DNA from: Eledone cirrhosa
Lineage: Eukaryota
Assembly: GCA_964016885.1 (NCBI GenBank)
Contig: OZ024745.1
Location: forward strand, 130,324,001 to 130,388,000
Reading direction: 5' to 3'
DNA: 64,000 nucleotides
Both the position numbers and the translations under genes were made by a program. The notes under the pieces are model-generated. The model saw only the letters and a program-made list of their open reading frames with translations, was not told the DNA's origin and searched no databases. This document shows, one piece after another, positions 15,268 to 28,282 of this stretch. How positions within the stretch are numbered: the first letter of the stretch is position 1; every line of letters starts with the position of its first letter.

Positions 15268-16197
15268 AAAAAATGAAAAAATGGGGAGAAGATTTGTATG
15301 TATATATATATATATATACATACAAATATGTATGTATGTTTAAAAGTTCCGAATTTGAAATGGATGTAAGTATTTGTTCAATTGCTCATAATGTATACGT
15401 GCACATGTACATTGCTGTATTATTTGTTTATTCAAAGTAAGTGAAGCGAATGATTATTTAAATTCATGTAACGTCAGTATAACTTACCGCACCAATAATT
15501 GAAAATTGTAGAACAATCATACGCTTTCTTATCTAATGATACAGAGTAGTCTTTAAGAGAAGAGGAAATGTGAAGCGATAGTGTGCAATAAGACCACCAC
15601 TACTCTAACAATAATACAATCATCATTTGCATTGAAAATAATAACAGATTGTTTCAAAAATAGGGCAAAATATGTGCCAATTGCTGCATGAAGACGACAC
15701 TTCATTGAGAAATCTAGAACAAATCGAATTTCTCCCTACGCGTTTTTATACAGGACAAGCCACAAAGGAATAATTTCCTTTGTGTTCTAAATGTTAAAAC
15801 ACATTTCTGATATTTCCTTCCAACATATTACTTTATAAAAAGTGTACATAAAACAAAACATTTAATGTAATGACCATATACTTCAATAAATTTATAGAAT
15901 AACTATTAGTGTTCCGCATTTTCCCTATAATGCAACATACAGTCAATTAAAGACTTTGGCATAATTTCGCTTCTTTTTTTTTTTTTTTTTCACTGATAAA
16001 ATATTTCATTTTTAAACATTTAAACCTTCACCGTTAGAAAGGTGGTTTATATTCGAATATGTGATAACATAAACACATAAATATATGTTTTCAAATATAT
16101 TACAATTATAATCCTAATTCATTTTAAATACCTGAAAATATATTCATTCTTCTTTTAATCTAGCAATGCTGTGTATTTGTTAATATAAGTGCCGATC

Positions 16198-16387
16198 ATT
16201 GGCAGAATCGGTAGAGGGTCGGGCGCCATGCTTTGCAACATAGAGTTACGGCTCTTTTTTCGGTCTGAGTTCAAATACCGTCGAGGTTAACTTTGCCTTT
16301 CATCCTTACGGGGTCGATAAAATAAAGTACCAGTAATGCACTGGGATAATTGTTAGCCTTGTGCCAAAAGTAGAAACAATTATTATA
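16198..16387 (+). mobile_element. tRNA-derived SINE family S1, near full length
   Basis: A-box-like TGGCAGAATCGG, B-box-like GAGTTCAAATACC, central GCCTTTCATCCTTACGGGGTCGATAAAATAAAGTACC (resembles Nin/Deu-type SINE core from memory, unverified), TTA tail. More than 10 copies in the window. Confidence 0.85.
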
Positions 16388-16779
16388 TCAAAATAAACCT
16401 TTTTTATATCAATTCAAACACAATGATGTATATATTAGTAACACGAAAAGAATATAATTCCAAATCATATTACTCTCTTACGTGTTCTATCCAGCAGGTA
16501 AAGGCCATGCTGTGGCATCATATGTTTGTTTTGTATGAAGAAACGCATGAGTCCGGTTTTATATATTCTACCTCTCTGTGTTCATTTATGTACCATTAAT
16601 CATTCTGCTTATTTTTGTGTTGTTAGTTTTTTTTATTGATTTCCGTGGGAGCTCATCACTAAGACCATATATCCAGATGTATAATGTACCCGCTATGAAG
16701 GACAATACGTGGTTATTAGACCCGGGACTACTCATCTACTATAGATGACAAAATGTGAGAGCTAAGTTAACTGATATTG

Positions 16780-17000
16780 TCATGGCAAGATACCGGTCAA
16801 ATATAAGTAACAGGAGTCACTCAGAAGCGTTAGAAAATATATAGACACAGATGATACGATGAACGTGGATGTGATGGTGGAGGATGTGGGCGAGTGATTC
16901 GTGGCAGCAAATCGGATAGTCTTTTGTAAAATGGGGAGTGTTGATTCACGAATGAACTGCACTATGAATTACATCAAAGTAGGTCTCACATTAGCTAATT
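16780..17000 (-). pseudogene. Possible highly decayed CR1/L2-type LINE ORF2 C-terminal fragment
   Basis: Minus-strand ORF ...QKTIRFAA...IVSSVSIYF...DSC...LTGILP loosely resembles the CR1 QKRAIRLI...VSSLSLFY...CS.EL..LIP region. Weak. Confidence 0.3.
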
Positions 17001-18726
17001 AGGGAGTTACTAGTTGTTGAGGAATGAACGCCCTTCTGGCCTTGAAGAGAAATGCTAATTATTTTGATTGATTCTCCATTATGTAAAGATTGTGGAAATT
17101 CCTACGGAAATTGTTAGTCGTGTTGAATCCACGTATGTTTTGGAGCAGATTGTGTCTACTAACTGCCTTGTTGCATTGAAGCATTAATATTTATGTTAGG
17201 TTATTCTCAAAGAGCTACCGGTCTTTGTCCTCGATCTCTTGACAAAGTAGAAAGGTCTATCAACTTTATTATTACATTGTTGTTTTATATTGTGTTTATT
17301 TATTTCCATCTCCTTAAACCACATACTATATGTCTCCTCGCACAACTATACACTTTTTCACCGTCACTACAGTAGAATCTTATGTTTTTATCGCCGTTAG
17401 ACTATAACATCAGTCTCCTCTATCAGCATTGCTTTTCTTTCATCTTGTACTTCCATTATGTAACCCTGTTCATGTGGCATATATCGCGCAAATTAATTGA
17501 ATGTTGTATCAATCAAACATTTTTCAAAGGCGCTGGTTTAAGTGAAGCAGAATTTCACCGTCTGAGGATAGTTTCTTTATTCCAATGTAAAAGAACTGTA
17601 AAACGGAAGGAACTAGTAGGCATGGAACTTTGTGAAATGGACACATTTCTTAATTGCATTGCTAGAGTAATTCACGTAAATGTTTATCAACAAAGAACCG
17701 AAACCAATATGGTTCTGACGTACTTGAAACGTAACTTTTGCTGTTCCATTTCAATCTTTTCAATCTAGGTTTCGTGTTTATAAACAGAAGCAACTTCATT
17801 TTAGATGAGACAGGTTTATTGAAAACACTAATGCTATCTTTCAACAGTAGAGAGATGTATGTAAGACAAAACTTTACGTTGAGTTGGGAATACAGAGGAA
17901 CGAAGTATCGTTTATGTCAAATAGATTACTTGTTTTATGTTTGATCATTCCATTATTTATTTTTTTGTAGTTAGAGAGAATACCGGATTGAATTATAAAG
18001 ACAAAAGTTGTATTCGTTGATATCAACTCCATAATATTACTGGGATGTTGTTCATAGTTATCCTTGGAAAATATGTAACGGAAATTAATTCATAGTAATA
18101 TTTCAACAGAAAATTGAAATTTGAACTTTAAGTTTCAACTTCGCTGATAAAAGGATCCTCTATCGCTTTTCACAACGATGCTACGTACATTGTATGCTGA
18201 TGTTAATACACTGTATGTTGACATATGCATCCGAATTACTTTCTTAACGCTAATTTTGACGTTCATAAAAGTAGGAAATAACTTTATACCAATTCCTTTA
18301 TATATGTGCGCCCTTGTGGCTAAGTAGAACATTCTTGCTTTTCATGCAAAATAAACAATAAGAATACATATATCGTTTTTGGTTCATCATAGCTAATCTG
18401 TTACAATATATAAAGCTAAAGTATCTTACAGGATCAAGAAAACAACATATTCCATATAAACGAGAAAAGAAGCTTTATATATTACATTATATAAATGAAT
18501 ATATAGTATTTTATAATATAAAATTATTTGTTATTTTTATTGGTGTCCTTATTAATATTACAACCAAAGTCTCCTGCTTCTTCCTCATCACCATGAGTAT
18601 TATTTACTCCGTAATATAAATTGATTTTTGTTATATTTGTAAACAGAAGAGGCTTCGATAACAATAATGTTCTTATTTTGTTGACAAGTAAGAACATTTT
18701 CATTATTTTATTTCAATATATATATG

Positions 18727-18771
<45 letters not shown>

Positions 18772-18795
18772 GTATGTGTGTATGTATATATATGC

Positions 18796-18881
<86 letters not shown>

Positions 18882-18892
18882 TATATGTATAA

Positions 18893-18982
<90 letters not shown>

Positions 18983-19284
18983 AAATATATAGATATATAG
19001 ATATAAATATGTATGTATAAATATATATATATATGTATGTATATATGAAATGTATGTATATATGCATGTATATATATATACATATGCATATATATATATG
19101 AACTTGCATGTGTCTGAACGTGTATCAGAATTAGATTCTATTTCCTGCATTTTACGTTTTATAAAATGGATTTCTCTCATTTATATATACAATTACGCAC
19201 ACACACACAGATACACACACACACATACACAAATACACACACACACACACGCGCGTACACACACACAGAAACACACATACACAA

Positions 19285-19332
<48 letters not shown>

Positions 19333-19613
19333 CACACATATATATATATAATTCTATAGTTTTCTGTATACAATTTAATCATAAATATTTATCTGCTTAT
19401 TTGTTTCTGCTTTCAAATGGATTGATTTGCTAGTGCAGCATGAAGACGTATGACAATTTGTAATACATTCCTATGATATGTATAACCTATAATGTGCGTT
19501 TACTCTATTACATATATAACCGCGAACCACGGTCATTTCCATCAGGGAATGGGTCCTCAAGAAGATAAATTTAGAACTTGTGTACTCGTATATGGGCCGA
19601 TTCCCTACTTTTA

Positions 19614-19681
<68 letters not shown>

Positions 19682-19684
<3 letters not shown>

Positions 19685-19885
19685 CGAAGGAAATGTGGTA
19701 AGGAACCAGGTGGACCATAACGCACCAAAGTACTCAATACTTAGGGTAGTAGAGTGGGTAATGGGAACCAGTAAGACCCCGACGGCTGAGCTCAAGCCGT
19801 TTCGACGGCTAATTCTGGAGTAAAATTTTAGTCCAGAATTAGCCGTCGAAACGGCTTGAGCTCAGCCGTCGGGGTCCTACTGGTT

Positions 19886-19889
<4 letters not shown>
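19682..19889. mobile_element. Family A PLE-like fold-back fragment (3' half of HHR only)
   Basis: Inverted arms around ~19826 containing GAAACGGCTTGAGCTCAGCCGTC, with (TA)n on both sides. Further copies at 25571, 29370, 30177, 32537, 39098, 51990, 55293 and 59208. Confidence 0.85.
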
Positions 19890-19960
<71 letters not shown>

Positions 19961-19963
<3 letters not shown>

Positions 19964-20158
19964 GTATTTCCGTAGGAAAGGCAAAGGAAAAGAGAGTTCT
20001 CTATGTAGGCTACAGAGGTTTTTAGTTATGTAATAAAAAACATAAGATAATTAATGCATTTACCATGTCATTCTTTCTGACGACTGAAGACAGATATAAA
20101 TATCTATCTTCAAGAAACCACTGGTAAATGAATTAATTATCTTATGTTGTTTATTACA

Positions 20159-20163
<5 letters not shown>
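19961..20163. mobile_element. Family B PLE-like fold-back fragment
   Basis: Inverted arms TAGTTATGTAATAAA...TTTACCA / TGGTAAA...TTTATTACATAACTA. The terminus GAAGTATTTCCGTAG is shared with 27316, 39492 and 58551. Confidence 0.85.
20070..20133 (+). ncRNA. Type I hammerhead (family B)
   Basis: ATTCTTT-CTGACGA-C-TGAAGACAGATAT..ATATCTATCTTCA-A-GAAA-CCACTGG-TA-AATGAAT. GUA triplet, C.A at base of stem II. Confidence 0.7.
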
Positions 20164-20221
<58 letters not shown>

Positions 20222-20375
20222 ATGTATATGTATCTGTATATGTATATATATGATAATATGCAGATCGGACTGATCAGCCACGTCTACTAATATGCAAATC
20301 CGGCCAGTCAGTCACTGTGTATTTTAGAAAATATCATATATTTTTACTACATCTGACAGTTACCAGGTGAACAGT

Positions 20376-20426
20376 GAACTGCACTGATGAATGGTAATCA
20401 CCCAGAAACATTCGTGTCTGCAGTTC
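20376..20426 (+). ncRNA. Type I hammerhead ribozyme with strong stem I and UUCG-capped stem III
   Basis: GAACTGCA-CTGATGA-A-TGG..CCA-GAAA-CATTCGTG-TC-TGCAGTTC. Perfect 8-bp stem I extendable by AACAG/CTGTT, GUC triplet. Confidence 0.9.
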
Positions 20427-20486
20427 TGTTTACATGCCAACCCAAGAGCAAGAATGAGGGGTTCATTCTACTGACATGGCTTTAAA

Positions 20487-21080
20487 GAGGTTAGATTTGC
20501 CTTTCATCGTTACGGTGTCAATAAAATAAAGATCCATTAATGCAGTGGGGTCAATTTAATCGACTTTCCCTCCCCCAAAATTGTTGGCCTTGTGTCTAAA
20601 TCAGAACCTATTATTAGAGCACGAAAAGTGGCGGTGGATTGGCAGTATCGGTAGAGGCTCGGACACCATGCTTTACAGCATAGAGTTACGGCCCTTTCCG
20701 TTCTGACTTCAAATCGTAGTTAACTTTGCTTTTCATCGTCACGGCGTCAATAAAATAAAGCACCAGTAACATACTGGGGTCGATTTAATCGACTTTCCCT
20801 TCTCTCCAAATTGCTGGCATTGTGCCTTTGTGCTAGAAATCATTATTAGAGCAAGAAAAGGCGGTGGATTGACACAATCGGTAAAGGCTCGGGCGCCATG
20901 CTTTGCCTCATAGAGTTACGGCCCTTTATGATCTGAGTTCTAATCCCGCCGAGGTTTACTTTGCCTTTCATCTTTACGGGTTCGATAAAATAAAGTACCA
21001 GTCACGCACTGGGGTCGATTTAATCGAATTTCCCTTGCGTCCAAATTGCTGGCCTTGTGCCTATATTAGAAACCATTATC
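20487..21080 (+). mobile_element. Three head-to-tail S1 SINE copies
   Basis: TTTGC(C/T)TTTCATC recurs at about 20497, 20725 and 20961 (period ~230). The linker ATTATTAGAGCA.GAAAAG.GGCGGTGGATTG is shared between units. Confidence 0.85.
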
Positions 21081-21662
21081 AGGGCACAAAATAATATAGT
21101 AATCAACTGAACAAAAAGGGATTTAAATGAGAGATAAATGAAAAAGAATAATGCATGTAATGATGTACAGTTACAGTTATAATGAGAAGTTACATATTGA
21201 AATATAGAATCTACGATGTTATTATGATCATAATATCCTTTCATGTAATGATATTTTTCTCTTGTATTGAAGGATCTTGCTTAATAGCATGAAAAAGATA
21301 TTCTCGCTATAATTGCGAAGTATTTATTCGCATAATTAATATAATTCATTCCTGCATGTTGACCTTGAATTTTAATTTTTATTATTGATGTGGCCGAAAT
21401 TGAGCGTTATAAATTGTGTAAAAATCCAAACAATCATACATTTTGTACCCGTTATTTCATTCGTTACATGTGCTTCGCTGGAGGAAAGCAAATCTATACA
21501 ATGCAATATTATAGAGCCTTTTTAATGTTGATGATCTCTTAAAGATACAAGATACAGTTCGAATCGATTTTCCACTATTCCTTCCATTTAGCTAATCCTA
21601 TACATTACACAAGCAGGTACGCTTATACACACACGTATATAAATATACACACACATATTCAT

Positions 21663-21696
<34 letters not shown>

Positions 21697-22058
21697 CATA
21701 ATTGACTATGAAAAAAAGATAAACACAGATATATACATATATGTGTTCAAATCGTAAGGGACCAGGTTTCGCTAAGGTGAACAAAATTCTAACTATGGAC
21801 AATACGGTTTGCCAGACTACATTTAAGAATAAATCAAGAAAATAAATACAAACCGTTATTATATATACGTACACTATTCAGCTGTCTGATATTCTTAGAA
21901 GTGAGGAGTTTACTAATTTTCACCCACTGACGAGCAAGAATTGGTAATTCTTTTCACAATTAATTTGAGAAACAGCATAGCAAAACAATGTATGGGTGAT
22001 CGGTAGTTACCACAATTCCGGTTTGTATATATATATATCGTGTATATATATATATATC

Positions 22059-22094
<36 letters not shown>

Positions 22095-22390
22095 GATATA
22101 TACACGATATATACACTCACAGACATTTCTCGATTCAAATAATTTAGTCATTGTTATGCAGTTAAATATGGCATCCGCGTCAAATATTTTGGTCGTTAAT
22201 TTCGGCATCCGACCAGTAGTTACTTCAATCTCGTAATTATATTATCGGCCTCTATTTCCCAGTTTACGGAGGGAAAGCTCCAGTATGTAAACAGAAAAAG
22301 TAGGGTGTGCAACTTGATCGTTGTAAACATAAGCACGCACACACAAACACATATTTGCACAGTTCCTTTTCTCTTTTACTCTCCGTATCA

Positions 22391-22444
<54 letters not shown>

Positions 22445-22583
22445 AGTATGGCTTCTGGCACATTTTTTGGCTCCCAAATGCTGCTCAAAACACTGCTCAA
22501 ACGAGGGTATGATAGACGTGAATGTGCAGTCAACTCGAACAAAAGAACCCTGAAATTTGGAGAAGCTCTTAATTCCATAACCA

Positions 22584-22630
<47 letters not shown>

Positions 22631-22853
22631 TACAGCAACGTACAAGAGGATAGAAAGAGGAAGTATAAAGAGATGCGATACAGAGTGTTATTTGCCAAAA
22701 GCAGGTGCATAGGTGCTCGTTGCTTGTGTAAGCAGGGTTAAATATTAGAGGCGTTAATATTTACTGTACGGAGATAAGCAGAGCGGTTATAAGGGAAAAT
22801 ATTGATGAAAGAGAAGTAAGCCGTTAAAACATATATATATATATATATATATA

Positions 22854-23053
22854 CTTTCGTCAAATCGGACCGAGGAAACAATGTTTCCTTTGGTTTTTCC
22901 AATGGCTAATACTATCTATCGGTCGCAACTTCAGGTAGAAGAAGCAACGTGAAATAAAGTGTCTTGCTCAATGACATCGCCCAATCCAGGAATCAAACTC
23001 ACAACCTCCCGATTACGAATCCCATTCTCTTACGACTCAACCACACGCCTTCA
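22854..23053 (-). mobile_element. tRNA-derived SINE family S2
   Basis: Reverse-complement match to 8372-8578. Confidence 0.8.
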
Positions 23054-23086
23054 CACATACACATATATATATACATATATATATAT

Positions 23087-23157
<71 letters not shown>

Positions 23158-23568
23158 TATGTGTGTCTGTGTGTGTGTAGGTCTGTCGGTGTGTCTGGGT
23201 TGTTCAAATAAGCCGATGAATTCATACAATAAATTAAATGACCAATTAAACGTATTATATATTATGACATGCCTTAATATCTATTACGTTCGCTTTTCAT
23301 TTATGTATTAGATTTTGTCTGGGTAAGAAAATGTTAGTGAAATAGAGATTAATTCTAGCTTAAAATAGTTTATTTCGATTATTTTACAATGACTTAATTT
23401 ACTGAAAGCATGATGTAGATGATGATGATGATAATGACGGGGTATTGATACTGATTGTAGAGATGACGAAGGCAACGTTGCTGGTGGGTGATGAAGAAGA
23501 AGAAGAAGAAGTAGAAGAAGAAGAAGAAGAAGAAGAAGAAGAAGAAGAAGAAGAAGAAGAAGAAGAAG

Positions 23569-23603
<35 letters not shown>

Positions 23604-24142
23604 CTAATACTGAGGAAAGGGGAAAACTGAAGGGAGAAATAAGGCAAGAGAAAAAAATGGCAAAGAAATGCAGGTGTATGAGTAATCTAGTACAATTTTG
23701 CCTTCAGAAAAGGCAAGAATTTCACAACATCTCTTCTCTATTTTGCTCTATGTCTGAAGCTTAGTAAACAGAATCAATATTTCTTCCTTGCAAAGAAAAT
23801 ATAGCAGCACTGCTGTGGGATGGTTTTACCGTGGAGGGTAAAGCGTGTGCGGAATGGGTGCGAGTCGAACGATGTGGCATGCGCACAGAGGATAATACTG
23901 GATAATTTCCTTATCCGTCAATACTGTTTCCAAAGCAGAGATTTTCAAATCCATTAAGTGGTTTTGTTTGTACTGAATATTCTTCGATTAGGCTGCATTT
24001 GATAAATTGAAAATTTCAGTGAAATGTGGAGTAAGTAGCCAAAATGAATGGAACAGAAGCCAAATAAATTTGGCTGGACGTTATGTAATGGCAACTTAAA
24101 GTAAATTAAATAATCACGGAAGAATGAAAGAGGTAGTTAGAC

Positions 24143-24206
<64 letters not shown>

Positions 24207-25293
24207 GAAAGAGAGGGGGGAGAAGACGAGTGAGAGCAAAAGGATACTCGTCAAGACGATAACGATGTTTCAATTATGTCAGTCACTTACATTTACTACT
24301 CTCCCCCCCGTTTTCACTTTCTCTTTATATATCTTTATTAATGATTTTGTATTATTTTATTTCTGCTGTGGTACTGGAAACGGGGAGAGGTGGGATTCGG
24401 AGTGCTTAAAAGATATTTTCGTAAGAAACGAAGACTGCCAGATAGAAATGGGAAATGAATGGGTGATTGGGTTTAGTGCCATTTATATTTTCTGTGAAGA
24501 AATGTAGATAAATTATACGATTGAAGAACATGTATAAAATTGGAGTATATAAAAGTTAGAATACTTCAAAAACAAATGCTATTTCTAGTGGAATGGAACT
24601 CCATCGGTCTCGGTGAAGATTGTTGATGTTGTTTTATCAACGGAAGAGCCCACTCATGAAGTTAACTTATAAGTAGGTGAGTATTCGATAGGCATTTATG
24701 CCCTTAACGAAATTCAGTGTTACAAAGGGAATTGCATCACATTCCTATCTTTCTCAAGAGCATTAGTAAAATATAACTAAAGGGAAATGGCTAAAACAAG
24801 AAATGTGTGTAATAAGGCTGCTCCTTTGAAGTACAGGTACAGTCCATCCGACGGGCTTCCAACTGGATTTCGTCTACCTAATTTCTGTCACAAGGCTTGT
24901 TACGAATAGATCTTATTTACCCTGCCTCCTGGTAAACACTAATTGATCAGTATTTTGTTCAAATACGTTTCACCCCTGATCATTCAACATGTTATCAAAC
25001 ATACTGTATACACCATTGCGTTATCCATTATGTCCATCAGCTGATAGGGAATTGTATATTACTTTCCTTTACTGTTTTGATTTCAAATTTCGACAAAGTA
25101 CTATGGTTGAAATAAATTGGAACTCCCACCGTCTGTGTGAATGTATTGCTTTAAATATAGCACCCGCTTTGTATAATAAAATAAATATTAGTCCTTTTTG
25201 TTTTTAGATGTTATCACACAGCATATATATATATATATATATAAAATAAAGTTAAATAAAAAGTAAAATGTTTAAAATTTAGCTTCGTTTATT

Positions 25294-25348
25294 ACTGCTA
25301 TATATATTTCAGTGACAGCCTTCTTTGGCTGTGACCTCTTCAGGCAGT
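25294..25348 (-). ncRNA. Minimal type I hammerhead ribozyme (same family as 5428)
   Basis: Minus: ACTGC-CTGAAGA-GGTCACAGCC-AAAGAA-GGCTGTCACT-GAAA-TATATA-TA-GCAGT. The element ends in a small hairpin at 25429-25504. Confidence 0.88.
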
Positions 25349-25514
25349 TTGAATTAGTGTGGTATAGACAAGTACATATGTTGTTGAGGTGTATAATTTT
25401 GTCAATACTCTGATATGCCCAGTTCCTGGTTGGGTTGTTATTTCACTGAGGAACTGGAATCATATGATATGATTCCAGTTCCTCAGTCAAATAACAACCC
25501 AACGTGGATATACT

Positions 25515-25570
<56 letters not shown>

Positions 25571-25729
25571 GGAACCACTCTACTACCATAAGTATTGAGT
25601 ACTTTGGTGCGTTATGGTCCACCTAGTTCCTTACCACATCTTCTTCGTTATATATATATATATATATATATACACGTGGGAAAGTAAGAAATCGGAGAAT
25701 AGACCGTTAAAACATGTTTATGTAAAACA

Positions 25730-25769
25730 GCACCTACGTACGTTTCGCCCAGTTGGGCTTCTCAAGGGC
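25730..25769 (-). ncRNA. Hammerhead, U3-A8 core variant (inverted pLTR copy)
   Basis: Minus: GCCC-TTGAGAA-GCCC-AACT-GGGC-GAAA-CGTACG-TA-GGTGC. Confidence 0.75.
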
Positions 25770-25960
25770 ATAAATAATCAAAAGCGTTCCTTACATTGCT
25801 CGGAAAGAGTTTTTGGGGTTAAATCCACGTCAAGCTTCATTGCTCGCAAAAATAGCTTCTTTTGATTTTGCAGCAGGTCATGGGAGGTAACTCTGGCCGG
25901 TGTTAGGGCAGTCTCAATGATAGCCTTACCGTGGGAAATAGACGAAACCGCGACAGAAAT

Positions 25961-26389
25961 TGCAACTGCCGCGACAGAGGACGCTGCCCCTTAGAGGATA
26001 CTGCTTGACTGATAGGGTTATATATAGATGCACTATAACTAGCCACAATAGCGTTAAACATTATATAGGGGCTACCTCCGGCCCGTTAAATATTAGGTTT
26101 CGAACACATCTCCACTCTTTCACAAATAAAAAAACTAAGACACTCCACTTCGCACGCGGACTACATCACATCACTAAAGGACTTAAACATCAGCTTCTCC
26201 ACGCACTGGGATATTGTCGGCAGGGCTGCACCGTACAACTTCAAGAGGAAATGCGATTTTTGCCTCATGGAGCTCTACCACATCATAACTGCACCCCACG
26301 AGCTCATCATCAGCAGAGCTGAAACAGCGATACGTTTAACACATCGCTTAAAAATATCCTTCTTCAGATGGGTTAAAGACGAGGAGTGA
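25961..26389 (+). pseudogene. PLE Cys-rich linker plus GIY-YIG endonuclease, frameshifted
   Basis: Across two frameshifts: CNCRDRGRCPL/RGYCLTDRVIYRCTITSHNSVKHYIGATSGPLNIRFRTHLHSF.../LKDLNISFSTHWDIVGRAAPYNFKRKCDFCLMELYHII...EE*. Shows VIY...YIG, R..H..SF and C..C..E, characteristic of PLE EN domains. Confidence 0.9.
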
Positions 26390-26756
26390 AACCGTGCACC
26401 GGATTTCCCTGCAACAAGTCTTAACACCCCGGCGGGCAGGCGCTGCAAAATAACACCCAGGAAACTATCCTTGCATACCAGACCCAGCCTCAAACGACTC
26501 AGACAAACAGATGCGGAAAAAAACTCTCAAAATAAGCGTCGAATACATGCGTATCGACAATGGTAAGGTTGTAACCTCATCTCGTAGCGGATAAAAAAAT
26601 TTGTCCGGGATAGACTGCCCTAACACCGACCAGAGTTACCTCCCTTGACCTGCTGCAATATCAAAACAAGCTATTTTTGCGAGCAATGAAGCTTGACTTG
26701 GATTTAACCCAAAAATTTATTTCCAAGCTTTGTAAGGAACACTTTTGATTATTTAT

Positions 26757-26796
26757 GCCCTTGAGAAGCCCAACTGGGCGAAACGTACGTAGGTGC
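26757..26796 (+). ncRNA. Hammerhead, U3-A8 core variant (3' pLTR of the PLE)
   Basis: GCCC-TTGAGAA-GCCC-AACT-GGGC-GAAA-CGTACG-TA-GGTGC. Stem III ACGTACGT palindrome, bulged stem I. Confidence 0.75.
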
Positions 26797-27056
26797 TGTT
26801 TTACATAAACATGTTTTAACGGTCTATTCTCCGATTTCTTACTTTCCCACGTGCTTAGGCTCTGCTAACTCACTAGCCCACTAAATATTAACACTTCGAA
26901 TATTTAATACTGCCGGCATTAGTATCGAGCACCTTTGGCTTACGCCTCTTGGCAAATAACTATATGTATCACCTATCATCCCCTTTTTTTCCTCTCTCTC
27001 GATACGTAAATACTGTATATATATATATACATAATAAACAACACAATACAAATATT

Positions 27057-27125
27057 CCATTTACCAAAGGTTTCACGGAGACATGTAACCTCAACAGAGA
27101 TGTCCGAAGTCGTTCATCAGAAGGG
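27057..27125 (-). ncRNA. Type I hammerhead
   Basis: Minus: CCCTT-CTGATGA-ACG...CGT-GAAA-CCTTTGG-TA-AATGG. Confidence 0.78.
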
Positions 27126-27150
27126 AAAATTTAGTATTAAATTAAATTTA

Positions 27151-27219
27151 CCTTTCTGATGAACGACTTCGGACATCTTTGTGAAGGTCACCTGTCTTCG
27201 TGAAACCTTTGGTAAATGG
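27151..27219 (+). ncRNA. Type I hammerhead
   Basis: CCTTT-CTGATGA-ACGA...TCGT-GAAA-CCTTTGG-TA-AATGG. GUA triplet. Confidence 0.8.
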
Positions 27220-27344
27220 AATAATTATATTGTGTTGTTTATTACATAATTAACTGGCTCTGTACTATACATTGAGCACTCTTCCTTCCTTTACCTTTTC
27301 TACGGAAATACTTCATATTTACACATATATATGAATATATATAT

Positions 27345-27454
27345 AATATAAAAAACGATAAATCAGTGATGCATTTAGTGACTCAGTTTATTGCGTGTTA
27401 CAATTGTTTCGCCAGCAGTTAGCTCGAGACATGATCATTGCATCGATCTGCCTG

Positions 27455-27485
<31 letters not shown>

Positions 27486-27660
27486 ATATATATATAGAGA
27501 GAGAATTTGCTCCGAAATCATTAGACGTGTCCGTAGAACCTGCAGATCCAGAATCAGACAAATCCACACAATCAACGTGTCTCGAGCTGTCTGCCGGTGA
27601 AACAATTGTAACACACAATAAATTGAGTTCAGATGCATCACTGATTTTTCGTTTTATATT
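27345..27660. mobile_element. Family D fold-back element with degenerate HHR (27526-27615)
   Basis: Inverted arms about 27345-27453 and 27555-27660. The plus arm reads CGTGT-CCGTAGA-ACCTGCAGA...TCTGCCGGT-GAAA-CAATTG-TA-ACACA (core mutated). Confidence 0.75.
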
Positions 27661-27726
27661 ATATATATATAGATAAGTTATTCCGGGGTGGATTGGAGGT
27701 AACCTCAGTAAGTAAGGTACTGAATG

Positions 27727-27784
<58 letters not shown>

Positions 27785-27916
27785 TATGAATGTATATATA
27801 GTGTATTTTGCAATACACTGTATGCTTAATTAAAAGTATTTCGAAGACCTTACCCTATTGTTTTAGAGTAGTGACAGTCTCACTTACTTTAAATTTTCAG
27901 CAAACAAGGGAGATAA

Positions 27917-27961
27917 AGCTGACAGAGCTCTGTTTCGTACTGATTGGTACTTATCAAAGCC
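27917..27961 (-). ncRNA. Hammerhead, U3-A8 core variant
   Basis: Minus: GGCT-TTGATAA-GTAC-CAATCA-GTAC-GAAA-CAGAGCTCTG-TC-AGCT. 12-nt palindromic stem III, GUC triplet. Confidence 0.85.
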
Positions 27962-28237
27962 AAGTACTCCACCTGTTTGCTGAAAATCATGAATGTTTGA
28001 TTCTTATAGAATTTCTAGTAATAATCAGGAACTGATTATACAGAGCGGTTGTCGGTCAAGCAGAAATTGAAAATTAGAATTGGCGCTCTGAAATAGCGAT
28101 ATATATATGAATGTATATATAGTGTATTTTGCAATACACTGTATGTTTAATTAAAAGCATTTCGAAGACCTTACGCTATTGTTTTAGAGTAGTAACAGTC
28201 TCACTTACTTTAAATCTTCCACAAACAAGGGAGATAA

Positions 28238-28282
28238 AGCTGACAGAGCTGTGTTTCGTACTGATTGGTACTTATCAAAGCC
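28238..28282 (-). ncRNA. Hammerhead, U3-A8 core variant (second tandem unit)
   Basis: As 27917, with one mismatch in stem III (CACAGCTCTG). Confidence 0.8.

Larger units (their letters stand above)
25673..27015 (+). mobile_element. 5'-truncated Penelope-like retroelement with inverted pLTR at its 5' end
   Basis: Inverted repeat 25673-25915 / 26612-26853 flanks a GIY-YIG endonuclease remnant. Each arm has an HHR, and a 3' extension runs into (TA)n. Confidence 0.9.
27031..27316. mobile_element. Family B-related fold-back element with two HHRs
   Basis: Inverted arms about 27031-27133 and 27145-27244, plus a right-side terminus ...CTACGGAAATACTTC. Confidence 0.85.
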
